Assembly (NCBI GenBank): GCA_963972255.1 | Contig: CAXATO010000017.1 | Coordinates: forward strand, 2,729-66,728 | From: an uncultured Magnetovibrio sp. | GTDB lineage: Bacteria > Pseudomonadota > Alphaproteobacteria > Rhodospirillales > Casp-alpha2 | Length of the DNA: 64,000 bases | Direction: 5' to 3' | In this document: positions 37,973 to 47,508 of the stretch, in pieces | How the letters are laid out: each line of letters starts with the position of its first letter | How positions within the stretch are numbered: position 1 is the stretch's first letter | Notes under the pieces: model-generated | Databases searched by the model: none | Told to the model about the DNA's origin: nothing | What the model saw: the letters and a program-made list of their open reading frames with translations, nothing else | Translations under genes and position numbers: made by a program

Positions 37973-38802
37973 ACCAGATAGACGAACGGGAGTCTCGTAT
38001 GGACAAGGGCGCTGAGGAACAGACGCTGCTCGAAAACGGCGGTTTCAAGGGGGGCACCGCGCCGGGCGTGCCGCCGGTGACCGCGAAGGGGGGCGCGCCC
38101 GCCTATTTCTCCTGCTGGGATATTCATGCCTATTACGGGGAAAGCTATATCGTTCAGGGTGTGTCATTCGACATCCGCGAGGGCGAGATCGTCGCCCTTT
38201 TGGGGCGCAACGGGGCCGGCAAGACATCGACGCTCCGCGCCATTGCGCGGCTCGACGACCCGGCTCTCAAGCACGGGGAAATCTGGCTTGATCATAAGCC
38301 GCTGCACAGCATGCGGGCCCATGAAGCCTCGCGCAACGGCATTGGCCTGGTGCCCGAAGACCGGCGGATCATTCAGGGCCTGACGGTGGAAGAAAACCTC
38401 ACCCTGGCCCAGATCGCGCCGCCGATCGGCTGGTCGATTGAGCGCATTTACGAGCTGTTTCCCCGTTTGGGCGAACGCCGCGAACAGGAAGGCACGACAT
38501 TGTCCGGTGGCGAACAGCAGATGCTGGCCATCAGCCGGGCCTTGGCACGGGATGTGAAGCTGCTGCTCCTGGACGAGCCCTACGAAGGTCTGGCGCCGGT
38601 CATCGTTCAGGAGATCGAGCGAACCCTGGAAGAGATCAAATCCCACGGCATGACCACGATCATCGTCGAACAGAACGCCATCGCCGCGCTGCACCTAGCG
38701 GACCGCGCGATCATTCTCGATATGGGGAAGGTGGTGTTCGACGGCTTGGCCAAGGAAGTTCTGGATAACGCCGACCTGCGCCAACAATACCTGGCGATCT
38801 GA
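37969..38802 (+). CDS. LivF-like ABC ATP-binding protein with about 45-aa N-terminal extension
   Basis: Walker A GRNGAGKTS, signature LSGGEQQ, Walker B LLLLDEPYEGL. ATGA overlap with the upstream gene. ATG 37999 is the alternative start. Confidence 0.85.
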   Translation: MNQIDERESRMDKGAEEQTLLENGGFKGGTAPGVPPVTAKGGAPAYFSCWDIHAYYGESYIVQGVSFDIREGEIVALLGRNGAGKTSTLRAIARLDDPALKHGEIWLDHKPLHSMRAHEASRNGIGLVPEDRRIIQGLTVEENLTLAQIAPPIGWSIERIYELFPRLGERREQEGTTLSGGEQQMLAISRALARDVKLLLLDEPYEGLAPVIVQEIERTLEEIKSHGMTTIIVEQNAIAALHLADRAIILDMGKVVFDGLAKEVLDNADLRQQYLAI

Positions 38803-38882
38803 CGGGCGATTGTATCGCGGGTCAGGGCAGGCATCGCTTGGGGCCTCTGTTGGCGGGGCGTGCTAGGAACGGCGGATGGGGC

Positions 38883-38904
38883 GGGGAAAGCGGTCACTTT
38901 CCCC
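38883..38904. terminator. perfect 8-bp stem-loop between convergent genes
   Basis: ggggaaag cggtca ctttcccc. It overlaps the stop codon of the LysR gene. Confidence 0.35.
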
Positions 38905-39757
38905 AGGTCAGTCGTTTGATCAGATAGTCGGCGAATTGTCCGGCCGTCGAGTCCTTTCTGATGCCCCCGGAATAGAGCACCAGATCAACGGATGGCAGAT
39001 ACGGCATGCCGTCGAAGCCCGTGCAGGCCCTCAAGCCGGGGCCGATGGCTGGGGCGGTCAGCACGGTGACGGCCAGTCCGGCCTGCACGGCGGCCAGCAG
39101 GCCGGCGATGCTTTCGCTTTCACAGGCGATCCGCCAGGGCCGGCCATGTGCCTCCAGGGCCTGCAAAGCGTGATCGCGGTAGAGGTTTCCCGGCGGCAGC
39201 ATGGCCAGCGGCAGCGGAGTCTTCTTGTGGGCCGCCGAACTCTCACCGGTGACGAAATAAAGCCGCTCCGAACGGATAAACCGGCCCTCGGCATTGCCGG
39301 GCATTTGGGTTGCGAGGACAAGATCGATATCGCCTGCTTCGAATCCACGCAGCAGGGGAAGGCTGAGCGCGCAGCGCAGGTCGATCTGCACCGTTGGGTG
39401 GGCCCGCCCGAAGTCCGCCAGGATGTCGGGCAGGAAAAAACTGGCGTAAAGGTCCGGCGTGCCCAGGACAATGCGCCCCGAGATCTCCGGTTGCGTCAGC
39501 CGGGTCAAGGCCTCGTCGTGAAGGCGCAGGATGCCCAGGGCGTATCCATGCAGAAGTTCACCATCGGCGGTCAGTTTCTTCGGCCGTTGAGAGGTTTCAA
39601 ACAGGCTCTTTCCCAATCGTTCCTCAAGGCGGCGCAATTGTTGACTGATCGCCGGTTGTGTCAGGTTCAAGCGTTTTGCGGCTTCCGTGACGCTGCCTGT
39701 TTCCACGGTGACCGCGAAGGTGCGCAAGAGCGGCAGGTCGATATTCAGTGTGAGCAT
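38894..39757 (-). CDS. LysR-family transcriptional regulator
   Basis: N-terminal wHTH (LRTFAVTVETGSVTEAAKRLNLTQPAISQQLRRLE) plus a LysR substrate-binding domain. Confidence 0.9.
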   Translation of the reverse strand: MLTLNIDLPLLRTFAVTVETGSVTEAAKRLNLTQPAISQQLRRLEERLGKSLFETSQRPKKLTADGELLHGYALGILRLHDEALTRLTQPEISGRIVLGTPDLYASFFLPDILADFGRAHPTVQIDLRCALSLPLLRGFEAGDIDLVLATQMPGNAEGRFIRSERLYFVTGESSAAHKKTPLPLAMLPPGNLYRDHALQALEAHGRPWRIACESESIAGLLAAVQAGLAVTVLTAPAIGPGLRACTGFDGMPYLPSVDLVLYSGGIRKDSTAGQFADYLIKRLTWGK

Positions 39758-39761
39758 GGAT

Positions 39762-39776
39762 ATAACAACTCATTAT
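39762..39776. promoter_or_regulatory. candidate LysR-type T-N11-A box
   Basis: ATAAcaactcaTTAT lies immediately upstream of the lysR-type start, in the AT-rich divergent region towards the TauD-like gene. Confidence 0.3.
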
Positions 39777-39880
39777 GATTGGGATAAAAACAATTAAATA
39801 GTATTATGCTCATCAATGCGACATGGTTTGTTCAAGAAACGCAGCACCCGCCGCGTGCCCACTAACCGAGATGATCACGC

Positions 39881-40861
39881 ATGTCCTCCGAACATACCCT
39901 GCTGACGAACAAACTTTCCGGCCCCCTGGTGTGGCAGGCCGACGATTTGAACGAACAGGATTGGCGCTATACCATCGATGCCGCTTGCCTGGACGAGATC
40001 GCCGGACTGACCGAAACCCTCAAGATCCGAAAGGGTGAGGTTGAGGACCTGCGGCCTGACGACTTCGATTTACCGCATTGCCGTGACCTGATGACCCGGG
40101 TGCACGACAACTTGGTATCCGGCTGCGGATTCGCCCTCGTCGACCGCCTGCCGATGGACAGATTGGATAAGGACACGGCCAAGGCGCTCTATTGGCTTCT
40201 GTCCTGCATGATGTGTCGGCCCGTGGCGCAGAAACTGGACGGGACCATGGTCTACGATGTGCACGACACGGGAAAACAGGCACTGCCCGGGTCGGGGGTG
40301 CGGCCGGACAAGACCAACATCGACCTGACCTTCCACAACGACAATTCCTACAACGATCCGCTGCCCGACTTCGTCGGCCTGCTGTGCCTGAAGCCCGCCA
40401 AGAGCGGCGGCGTCAGCCGGGTCATGAGTTTCGAGACGGCGCACAACGCCATCCTCGACCGCCACCCGGATGCGCTCGCCCGGTTGTACGAACCCTTCAT
40501 CTTCGACCGCCAGCGCGAACACGAAGCGAACGACGCGGAAACGATCTCGGCGCCGGTGTTTGAGAACGACGGAAAGTTGAAGGCGCGGCTTGGCATTCAT
40601 CAGATGCACAACGGCTACGCAATGACCGGAACCGACATGGACGACGAGACCCGGCGCGCCATCAATGCGTTGGAAGACGTCTTTTCCGATGACGCCCTGC
40701 AATTTCGTTTTACGATGGAGGCAGGGCAGTTCCAGTACGTGAACAATAAGGTGATTGGCCACAGCCGAACCCAATTTGAGGATTTCGACAATCCCGAAGA
40801 CCGGCGCCACTTGGTGCGCCTGTGGCTTCGGGCGAAAGGCGCGCCCACGTACGCCGGCTAG
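39881..40861 (+). CDS. TauD/TfdA-family Fe(II)/2-oxoglutarate-dependent dioxygenase
   Basis: LTFHNDNSY (H.D iron ligands) and a C-terminal HSRTQF...R..R pattern. Confidence 0.8.
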   Translation: MSSEHTLLTNKLSGPLVWQADDLNEQDWRYTIDAACLDEIAGLTETLKIRKGEVEDLRPDDFDLPHCRDLMTRVHDNLVSGCGFALVDRLPMDRLDKDTAKALYWLLSCMMCRPVAQKLDGTMVYDVHDTGKQALPGSGVRPDKTNIDLTFHNDNSYNDPLPDFVGLLCLKPAKSGGVSRVMSFETAHNAILDRHPDALARLYEPFIFDRQREHEANDAETISAPVFENDGKLKARLGIHQMHNGYAMTGTDMDDETRRAINALEDVFSDDALQFRFTMEAGQFQYVNNKVIGHSRTQFEDFDNPEDRRHLVRLWLRAKGAPTYAG

Positions 40862-41014
40862 ACTTAGAACCGGCGGGCATGCCCGCTTAAGCGCCGACAC
40901 CAATGATCGGCGCAGACGACGACAGGAGGCCACCGGCAAAGCCGGCTCCTTGGGGACAAGAATCATCCAAAGGCGGTGTTTTCACACCGGTGGCCGTTGC
41001 TGCACGGCTGCCGA

Positions 41015-41797
41015 ATGGGATTGATTCTTGGGGACCTATCGGTGTTAGCCATTACGGATTTGAAGAAACATTACGGCGGCGTTGCCGCCCTCGACGGCTG
41101 TTCTCTGGACATTGCCGAGGGCGCGATTACCGCGGTTATCGGTCCCAATGGGGCGGGCAAGTCGACCCTGTTGAACTGTGTCGCGGGGGCCCAGACACCG
41201 GACGGTGGGACGGTCACCTTCTTGGGCGCAGACGTCACCGGGGCCAAGCCGCACATCCTGGCGTCGCGGGGGCTTGCTCGCACTTTCCAGATCTCCCGCG
41301 AACTGTCCAGCCTGACCCTGGTCGAGAATCTTCTGCTCGCCGACGCGACGCAGCACGATGACAGTTTCTTTCGCCCCCTGTTTCAGGCCGGATCCGTGCG
41401 CCGGGCCCAGGATGCCGCCATGGAGCGCGCCATGGCGTTGTTGCGGCGGGTCGGTCTCGATCGGCTGGCCGGCAACACGGCCAACGCTCTTTCCGGTGGG
41501 CAGAAGAAGCTTTTGGAATTGGTGCGCGCGCTGATGCTGCGCCCACGCGCGGTGCTGCTGGACGAACCGGCGGCGGGCGTCGCACCGCCCATGGTCAACA
41601 CGCTGATTGACGTCATTCTGGAACTCAAGAGCGAGGGCATGACCTTCGCCCTGGTCGAGCACAACATGGACATGGTGCGGGCCTTGAGCGACCGCGTCGT
41701 CGTCATGGCCGAAGGTCGCTCCCTGGTTTCCGGTTCGTTCGAAGACGTCACATCCGACCCCCGTGTGGTCGAAGCCTATCTAGGGGGTGTGCTGTGA
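41015..41797 (+). CDS. LivG-like ABC ATP-binding protein
   Basis: Start trimmed to MGLILGDLSVLAITDLKKHYGG. Walker A GPNGAGKST, signature LSGGQKK, Walker B VLLDEPAAGV. Confidence 0.85.
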   Translation: MGLILGDLSVLAITDLKKHYGGVAALDGCSLDIAEGAITAVIGPNGAGKSTLLNCVAGAQTPDGGTVTFLGADVTGAKPHILASRGLARTFQISRELSSLTLVENLLLADATQHDDSFFRPLFQAGSVRRAQDAAMERAMALLRRVGLDRLAGNTANALSGGQKKLLELVRALMLRPRAVLLDEPAAGVAPPMVNTLIDVILELKSEGMTFALVEHNMDMVRALSDRVVVMAEGRSLVSGSFEDVTSDPRVVEAYLGGVL

Positions 41798-42516
41798 GCG
41801 CCATCCCGATAAGCGTCGAGAATTTGCGCGCCGGATACGGCGGCGACGACATCCTCAACGGCATTACGTTCGACGTTCGGCCCGGCGAGGTGTTCACCAT
41901 CATCGGACCCAATGGATCGGGCAAGTCGTCGTTGATCAAGGTGCTGGCCGGCATCGTGCCGGTGCGCGAAGGCCGGATCAGCCTGTTCGGGCGCGACGTC
42001 ACGCATCTGAAGACGGCTCAGCGGATCGCCGCCGGCCTGGCCTACGTGCCGCAGGAATTCAATGTCTTCCGCAACATGACCGTGGGCGAGAACCTACGTC
42101 TGGCGACCGAGTTCATCGGCCTGCGTGGCGGCGTGGCGCAAAGCGAACGCGATCGGGTGCTCGGGATGTTTCCGGACGTGGCCGGGCGGCTGGGTGTCCA
42201 GGCAGGGACACTGTCGGGCGGACAGCGCCAGATGCTGGCCTTCGCCTGCGCCCTGATTTCGGCGCCTGACGTTCTGTTGCTGGACGAACCATCGGCCGGT
42301 CTGTCGCCGCGCCTGGCCGGCGAGATATTCGAGGCCGTGCAAACGGTCAACGCCCAGGGGACCACGGTCATTCTGGTTGAACAAAACGTGGCGGCGGCGC
42401 TGCCCGTTTCCGACCGGGTCCTGGTCCTGGTCAATGGGGCCGTGCGCCGTTTGGCGCCGGCGACCGATCTGAAGGCGCGCGACGATCTGGCGCAACTGTT
42501 CCTTGGAGAAGCATGA
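41794..42516 (+). CDS. LivF-like ABC ATP-binding protein
   Basis: Walker A GPNGSGKSS, signature LSGGQRQ, Walker B LLLDEPSAGL. Confidence 0.9.
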   Translation: MSAIPISVENLRAGYGGDDILNGITFDVRPGEVFTIIGPNGSGKSSLIKVLAGIVPVREGRISLFGRDVTHLKTAQRIAAGLAYVPQEFNVFRNMTVGENLRLATEFIGLRGGVAQSERDRVLGMFPDVAGRLGVQAGTLSGGQRQMLAFACALISAPDVLLLDEPSAGLSPRLAGEIFEAVQTVNAQGTTVILVEQNVAAALPVSDRVLVLVNGAVRRLAPATDLKARDDLAQLFLGEA

Positions 42517-42519
42517 AAC

Positions 42520-43380
42520 ATGGCACAACTGCTCGTTAACGGACTGGTGACCGGACTGATCGTCGCGCTGCCGGCCCTCGCGCTGTCGCTCACGTTCGGC
42601 ATCCTGCGGTTTCCCAACTTCGCCATCGGCGCCATGCTGACGGCGGCGGCCTATCTTGCCTGGGTGCTGAACTTCTATGGCGGCGTGCCCCTCGTCGCGG
42701 CGGCGTTGTTTACCGTGGTGCTGTTTCCCCTGGTCGCACTGGCCTGCGACGCGGCCGTGTTTCGGCCCCTGCGGGACCGCGGGCCGATTACCCTGCTGGT
42801 CGCCAGCATGGGATTGTCCTTCGTGCTGGAAAACCTTTGCCGGCTGATGTTCGGCAATGAAGCGCGCAATTTCGATATGGCCCTGACGCGGCCCTACCGT
42901 GTCATGGGGGTGCGCATCAATTTCGAACAGATCCTCACCGCCGGCGTCAGCATCGGCGCCATGGTGTTGGTCTATGTGATCCTCATCCATTCGCCGCTTG
43001 GCCGCGCCATGCGCGCCATGTCCGACAATCCGACGTTGGCGGCCGCCCGCGGCATCGAGGCGACGCGCGTGGTCAGCCTCACGTGGCTGCTGGCCGGCGC
43101 CCTGACCGCCGCCGCAGGCATTCTGATCGGCCTCGACCGGGCGATCGACCCGCAATTGGGCTGGAACTACATCATCGTCTGCTTTGCCGCCGCCGTGGTC
43201 GGCGGCCTGGGCAGCCCCGTGGGCGCGGTGGTCGGCGCCATCGGTTTGGGCGTGATCGGCGAGCTGGCAACCCTGGTGGTCGATCCCAACTACCGCGCCG
43301 GCGTCGCCTTCGCGGCCATTGCCCTGGTCCTGTTGTTTCGCCCGAACGGCTTGTTCGGCCGCCTGGAGATCCGCAAATGA
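42520..43380 (+). CDS. LivH-like ABC permease
   Basis: Polytopic membrane protein with LivH N-terminal pattern (QLLVNGLVTGLIVALPALALSLTFG). Confidence 0.9.
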   Translation: MAQLLVNGLVTGLIVALPALALSLTFGILRFPNFAIGAMLTAAAYLAWVLNFYGGVPLVAAALFTVVLFPLVALACDAAVFRPLRDRGPITLLVASMGLSFVLENLCRLMFGNEARNFDMALTRPYRVMGVRINFEQILTAGVSIGAMVLVYVILIHSPLGRAMRAMSDNPTLAAARGIEATRVVSLTWLLAGALTAAAGILIGLDRAIDPQLGWNYIIVCFAAAVVGGLGSPVGAVVGAIGLGVIGELATLVVDPNYRAGVAFAAIALVLLFRPNGLFGRLEIRK

Positions 43381-44378
43381 TTGGTTACCTGACAACGATC
43401 CTGACCCTGGTGTCGATTGCCGCGCTGATCGCCATGGCGCTGAACATCCAATGGGGCATGTGCGGCATGGTCAACTTTGGTCTCGCCGGGTTCGTGGCGC
43501 TGGGGGCCTATGTCACGGCGATCCTGACCTTGGCCGGATGGAGCACATTTGCGGCCATGGCGATGGCCATCGTTGCCTGTTCCGCGGCCGGAGCCCTGTT
43601 GTCGCTCATTTCCATGCGATTGTCCGAGGATTATCTCGCCATCGTCACCCTTGGTTTCGGCGAAATCGTGCGCCTGGTCACGCTCAATGAAAGCTGGCTG
43701 ACCGGCGGCGCCATGGGCCTGCCCGGCATTCCCCGCCCATTCGTCGGTGTCATCGGGGAGGCCAATTATGAAACCTTCTACATGGTGTTCAGCCTGGTCA
43801 TCGTGCTGGTGGTATTCCTGGCGTTGGATAAATCGGCGCGTTCGCCCTTCGGCCGGGCGCTGCGGGCCGTGCGCGACGACGACCTGGTCGCGGCCAGCTT
43901 GGGCAAGAACGTGCTGTTGCTGCGCGCCAAGGCCTTTGCCCTGGGCGGCGCGGTGACCGGGATCGCCGGATCGCTGCAGGCATTTCAGTTCTCCTACATC
44001 GACCCCAGCCAGTTCACCCCGATCCTGACGGCCTATGCCTTCATGGCAGTGATCGCCGGCGGGCGCGGCTCGCAACGCGGACTGATCCTGGGGGCCTGTT
44101 CCATCATGGTGCTGTTGGAGGCAACGCGATTCCTCAAGGACGTGATCCCGTTCCTCGACAATGCCCAGGTTGCGGCCGTGCGTCTGATCCTGATCGGCGC
44201 CGGGCTGATCGCGCTGTTGATTTTCCGGCCCCAGGGCCTGCTTCCCGAATTCCGTCTGGCCCCGGCGAGGACCGACGGAGACTCCCCCCGCCGCGACGCC
44301 GACGGCGATGACACGATGGTTCTGCCGCAAAGCCTGCCACGGCGGACCGAAACCCTTCATCCCATTCCCAAGGAGTAA
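43377..44378 (+). CDS. LivM-like ABC permease
   Basis: Start trimmed to MIGYLTTILTL (ATGA overlap). MALNIQWGMCGMVNFGLAGFVALGAY hallmark. Confidence 0.9.
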   Translation: MIGYLTTILTLVSIAALIAMALNIQWGMCGMVNFGLAGFVALGAYVTAILTLAGWSTFAAMAMAIVACSAAGALLSLISMRLSEDYLAIVTLGFGEIVRLVTLNESWLTGGAMGLPGIPRPFVGVIGEANYETFYMVFSLVIVLVVFLALDKSARSPFGRALRAVRDDDLVAASLGKNVLLLRAKAFALGGAVTGIAGSLQAFQFSYIDPSQFTPILTAYAFMAVIAGGRGSQRGLILGACSIMVLLEATRFLKDVIPFLDNAQVAAVRLILIGAGLIALLIFRPQGLLPEFRLAPARTDGDSPRRDADGDDTMVLPQSLPRRTETLHPIPKE

Positions 44379-44382
44379 TTGC

Positions 44383-45630
44383 ATGACCCGAAACGCAAAA
44401 CCGCAGAACGGTCTTACCCGCCGCCGCCTTCTGTCCACCGGCGTTGCCGCCGGGGCCTTGACGCTCGCCGCCCCCTTCATCCGCAGCGCGCGCGCCGCCA
44501 GCGGACCGATCAAGATCGGCATGGTGATTCCCTTCACCGGGGCGACCGGCGCTTACGGGCCCGAGATGGAGAAAGCAGCCAAGCTGGTCGTCAAGACGAT
44601 CAACGACGCCGGTGGACTGCTTGGCGGTCGGCCCGTGGAATTGATCATCGAGGATTCGGAGACCAGCCCGACCGCCGGCGCGGTGGCGACCAAGAAGCTT
44701 CTGGAGCTCAACGACGTCAGCTGCATCATCGGTTATTGGGGCAGCCCCATCGCCATGGCGTCCAAGCAGCTTCTGATCGACGCCAAGAAGGTGATGATGG
44801 TCAGCTGCGCGGCCAACCCGGTGACGGAACAAGACCACGGCGGTTTGATCTGGCGGTTCCAGGCCAAGTCGACCCAGTGGGGCCCGGCCGGCGCCAAGAT
44901 CATGAAACAGCGCGGTTATAAGAACATTGCCGTTCTGGCCCAGCAGAATCCCTTCATCATGCCGATGATCGACCCGTTCATTGCGGAGTTCGAAAAAGGC
45001 GGCGGCAAGGTGGTGCAGAACCTGACCTACCTGCCGGAGCAGCCGTCCTATCGGGCCGAGGTGGAAAAGGTGTTCGGCGGCGAGCCCGACGCAGTATTCA
45101 TCCCCGGCCTGTTGACCGACTTCACGTCGATCATGAAAGAGGTCTACCGCGGCGGCTTCGACAGCAAGGTTTGCACCCTGTCCATCGCCGGCGACGCCAA
45201 CGGTCGCTTCCTTAAGAACGTCGGCCCCGAAGTGGCGGAGGGCATCGATCACTATCAACCGGCTCCGCCGCTGACCAGCCCCAACTACAAGAAGTTCATC
45301 AAGATGATGGGCGAGCCGGAAGACACCGTGTTCCTGTTTGCGGGCAATGCCTTCGACCAGATGTGGGTGGCGGCTTTGGCCATGGAAAAGGCCGGCACGG
45401 ACGTCAGCGCGACCTGGACCAAGATGGTTCCGGAAATCGCCAACCCGCCGGGTGCCCTGACCGGCGACGGCCTGGAGGCGCTGAAACTGATCCGCGCCGG
45501 TGAAAAGGTCGCCTATGTCGGCGCCGGAGCCGATTGCGATTTCAACGAATCCGGCGATCAGCTGAACCGTCACTTCCTGCATCGGGTCATTCAGGACGGT
45601 AACAACGAGTTCGTGCAGACCATTTCCTGA
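44383..45630 (+). CDS. ABC transporter substrate-binding protein (Peripla_BP_6 type) with Tat-like signal
   Basis: Start trimmed to MTRNAKPQNGLTRRRLLSTGVAAGAL, preceded by AAGGAG. IKIGMVIPFTGATGAYG pattern. Confidence 0.9.
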   Translation: MTRNAKPQNGLTRRRLLSTGVAAGALTLAAPFIRSARAASGPIKIGMVIPFTGATGAYGPEMEKAAKLVVKTINDAGGLLGGRPVELIIEDSETSPTAGAVATKKLLELNDVSCIIGYWGSPIAMASKQLLIDAKKVMMVSCAANPVTEQDHGGLIWRFQAKSTQWGPAGAKIMKQRGYKNIAVLAQQNPFIMPMIDPFIAEFEKGGGKVVQNLTYLPEQPSYRAEVEKVFGGEPDAVFIPGLLTDFTSIMKEVYRGGFDSKVCTLSIAGDANGRFLKNVGPEVAEGIDHYQPAPPLTSPNYKKFIKMMGEPEDTVFLFAGNAFDQMWVAALAMEKAGTDVSATWTKMVPEIANPPGALTGDGLEALKLIRAGEKVAYVGAGADCDFNESGDQLNRHFLHRVIQDGNNEFVQTIS

Positions 45631-45702
45631 CGGGTGACATCGACCGTCGGGAGGCGGCGTCAATCCATGTCGCCGCTCGGCAAATATTTTTAAGTCCGCG
45701 GA

Positions 45703-45734
45703 AGGAGTCCTCAGCCAAGCTGAGGGCTCCTTTT
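45703..45734 (+). terminator. rho-independent terminator
   Basis: 13-bp stem (one G-U) aggagtcctcagc/gctgagggctcct with a 3-nt loop, followed by TTTT. Lies between the convergent SBP and AraC genes. Confidence 0.6.
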
Positions 45735-45863
45735 CGTCATGCCCTGCCAGCCTGGCGGCGCCTCAGGCGCGCAATTCAGTGACCGGTTCGTTTCGACAAG
45801 CCGTGGGAGCCAACAACCAGGGGGCAACTCATGGAATCAGTCGGGACGCGTTTGCGACGCCCG

Positions 45864-46913
45864 TTAGATCTTGAGCGTTTGCGACAGCCAGATTTCGTAG
45901 TCGCGATCACCGATCTGCGGCGTGTCGGAAATCTGCGTATCCAAGTGGACGCCGGTACGGCCCAATTCACGGGCGTCCTTGGGCGACATGCCGAACCGGG
46001 CCTTGAAGGCGCGGGAGAAATGGGCCTCGCTGGCGAAGCCCCAATTGAACGCAATGTCGTAAACATATTTTTGCTGGTGGCGGGGCGAAACCAGGTCCGC
46101 GGCCGCGCGGCGAAGGCGCCGGTCCTGGATATAGGCCCGGACGCCGCCATAAGGGGCGAACAGGCGGTAAAGTCCGGCCCGGGACAATCCGACGGCGCTG
46201 CACAAGGTTGAAACCGACAGCTCGGCAGATGCCAGATTGCGCTCGATCTCGGTCTTTGCCCGATGCAGAAGACTGGCGGCGGCGGCAGCGGCGGCGTTTT
46301 CCACATCGTCCGCGGAACCGTTCAGGGCGCTTGCCATCAGCGCCAGTGTCGGTTCGACCGACAGGGCCGCGCTTTCCTCGGTCAGGCCGTCGGACATGGA
46401 AAACAGCATTTTCAGGTGATTGACGGCCATGGCGGTCAAGGGATCGGCGCCCTTGAGGACGCGGCATTGCTGGCTGTCCGGTCGGCGCAGGTAGGGGGCG
46501 AGGAGCGGTCGCGGCACGACCAGGGTCAGATGCGAGAAATCAGATGTTTCCGACATGTGGCGTTCCGCCAGGTCGATGATCAGCAGGTCGCCGACGGCGG
46601 CTTCGGAATGGTGTCGCCCGCGGCGCACTTCCTGACCGCCCTCTAGATGGGTCTGAATCAGAAAATGATCCAATCCGTCCTTGGATGCCCGAAGGGAATC
46701 CCGTTCGAACCGCTGTGCCTTCGTTTCGCAGCGGCTGAACATGATCTGATCGTTCAGGAGAAAACTGGTCAGTGAGGCATCAAAGCCGTCCGCGGCCGAG
46801 CGGGACGATGGCGTGACATCGAACAGGGCAGAAATGCTTTCCCGCCAGACATCGAACCGTTGGTCGGCAGGCAGGCGGGTCGTCGAAAATTGGGATTTGC
46901 TGATCGCGTTCAT
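45864..46913 (-). CDS. AraC-family transcriptional regulator
   Basis: Start trimmed to MNAISKSQFSTTRLPADQRFDVWRESI. C-terminal double HTH (LSVSTLCSAVGLSRAGLYRLF...GFASEAHFSRAFKARFGMSP). Confidence 0.85.
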   Translation of the reverse strand: MNAISKSQFSTTRLPADQRFDVWRESISALFDVTPSSRSAADGFDASLTSFLLNDQIMFSRCETKAQRFERDSLRASKDGLDHFLIQTHLEGGQEVRRGRHHSEAAVGDLLIIDLAERHMSETSDFSHLTLVVPRPLLAPYLRRPDSQQCRVLKGADPLTAMAVNHLKMLFSMSDGLTEESAALSVEPTLALMASALNGSADDVENAAAAAAASLLHRAKTEIERNLASAELSVSTLCSAVGLSRAGLYRLFAPYGGVRAYIQDRRLRRAAADLVSPRHQQKYVYDIAFNWGFASEAHFSRAFKARFGMSPKDARELGRTGVHLDTQISDTPQIGDRDYEIWLSQTLKI

Positions 46914-47197
46914 GGCCGATTTTACCGGTGGGACTTTTTCATCCCGATAGGGGGCCGGTCCGTCTCTGTCATGGCGCGAGCTCCCGTTTGGTGGGCGGGC
47001 GTCCCGCTCTCTGCATGGTTGAAAAGGTATCCTCCGCCCGGGGCGGTGATCAAGAAGTTTGAGACGCTCAGTCAAACATCCGTGAGGGAAAACAAATATG
47101 CTTTGCCCTGATCGGTCCGGAACATGCCGTCTTCGGGCCGTGAATCGCGTCTGCGCGGTTCTTGAAAAAAAGTTCTCTAACAAGGGGGTAAATCGGC

Positions 47198-47479
47198 ATG
47201 AAGTTTATCGCAGCGACCATGATGGCGTTGGCCGTAGCAATCTGGACGGCTGATCCGGCCTGGGCCGATGATGACGAAGGGCGTTACCGCATCGTCAACA
47301 TCAAGCGCGATATCGACGCGGACAAGGGGCCGCGGACGGTCAACGGCACGATGATGATCGACAGCAAAACGGGCCGCAGTTGGGTCCTGGATGAAGAGCG
47401 GGGCCGCTGGGTGCCCGTCGGATTCCGTGCGGCCAAGTTGGGTAACGACGTCACTGTCCTTCCCGGCAGCGCGAAGTAA
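47198..47479 (+). CDS. small secreted protein (93 aa), first gene of the secretin operon
   Basis: Sec signal MKFIAATMMALAVAIWTADPAWA followed by a charged, beta-looking mature part of about 70 aa. GGGGG-type SD sequence upstream. Confidence 0.6.
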   Translation: MKFIAATMMALAVAIWTADPAWADDDEGRYRIVNIKRDIDADKGPRTVNGTMMIDSKTGRSWVLDEERGRWVPVGFRAAKLGNDVTVLPGSAK

Positions 47480-47508
47480 GTCGGCATCCAGTGCGGAGCG
47501 TATCCAAA

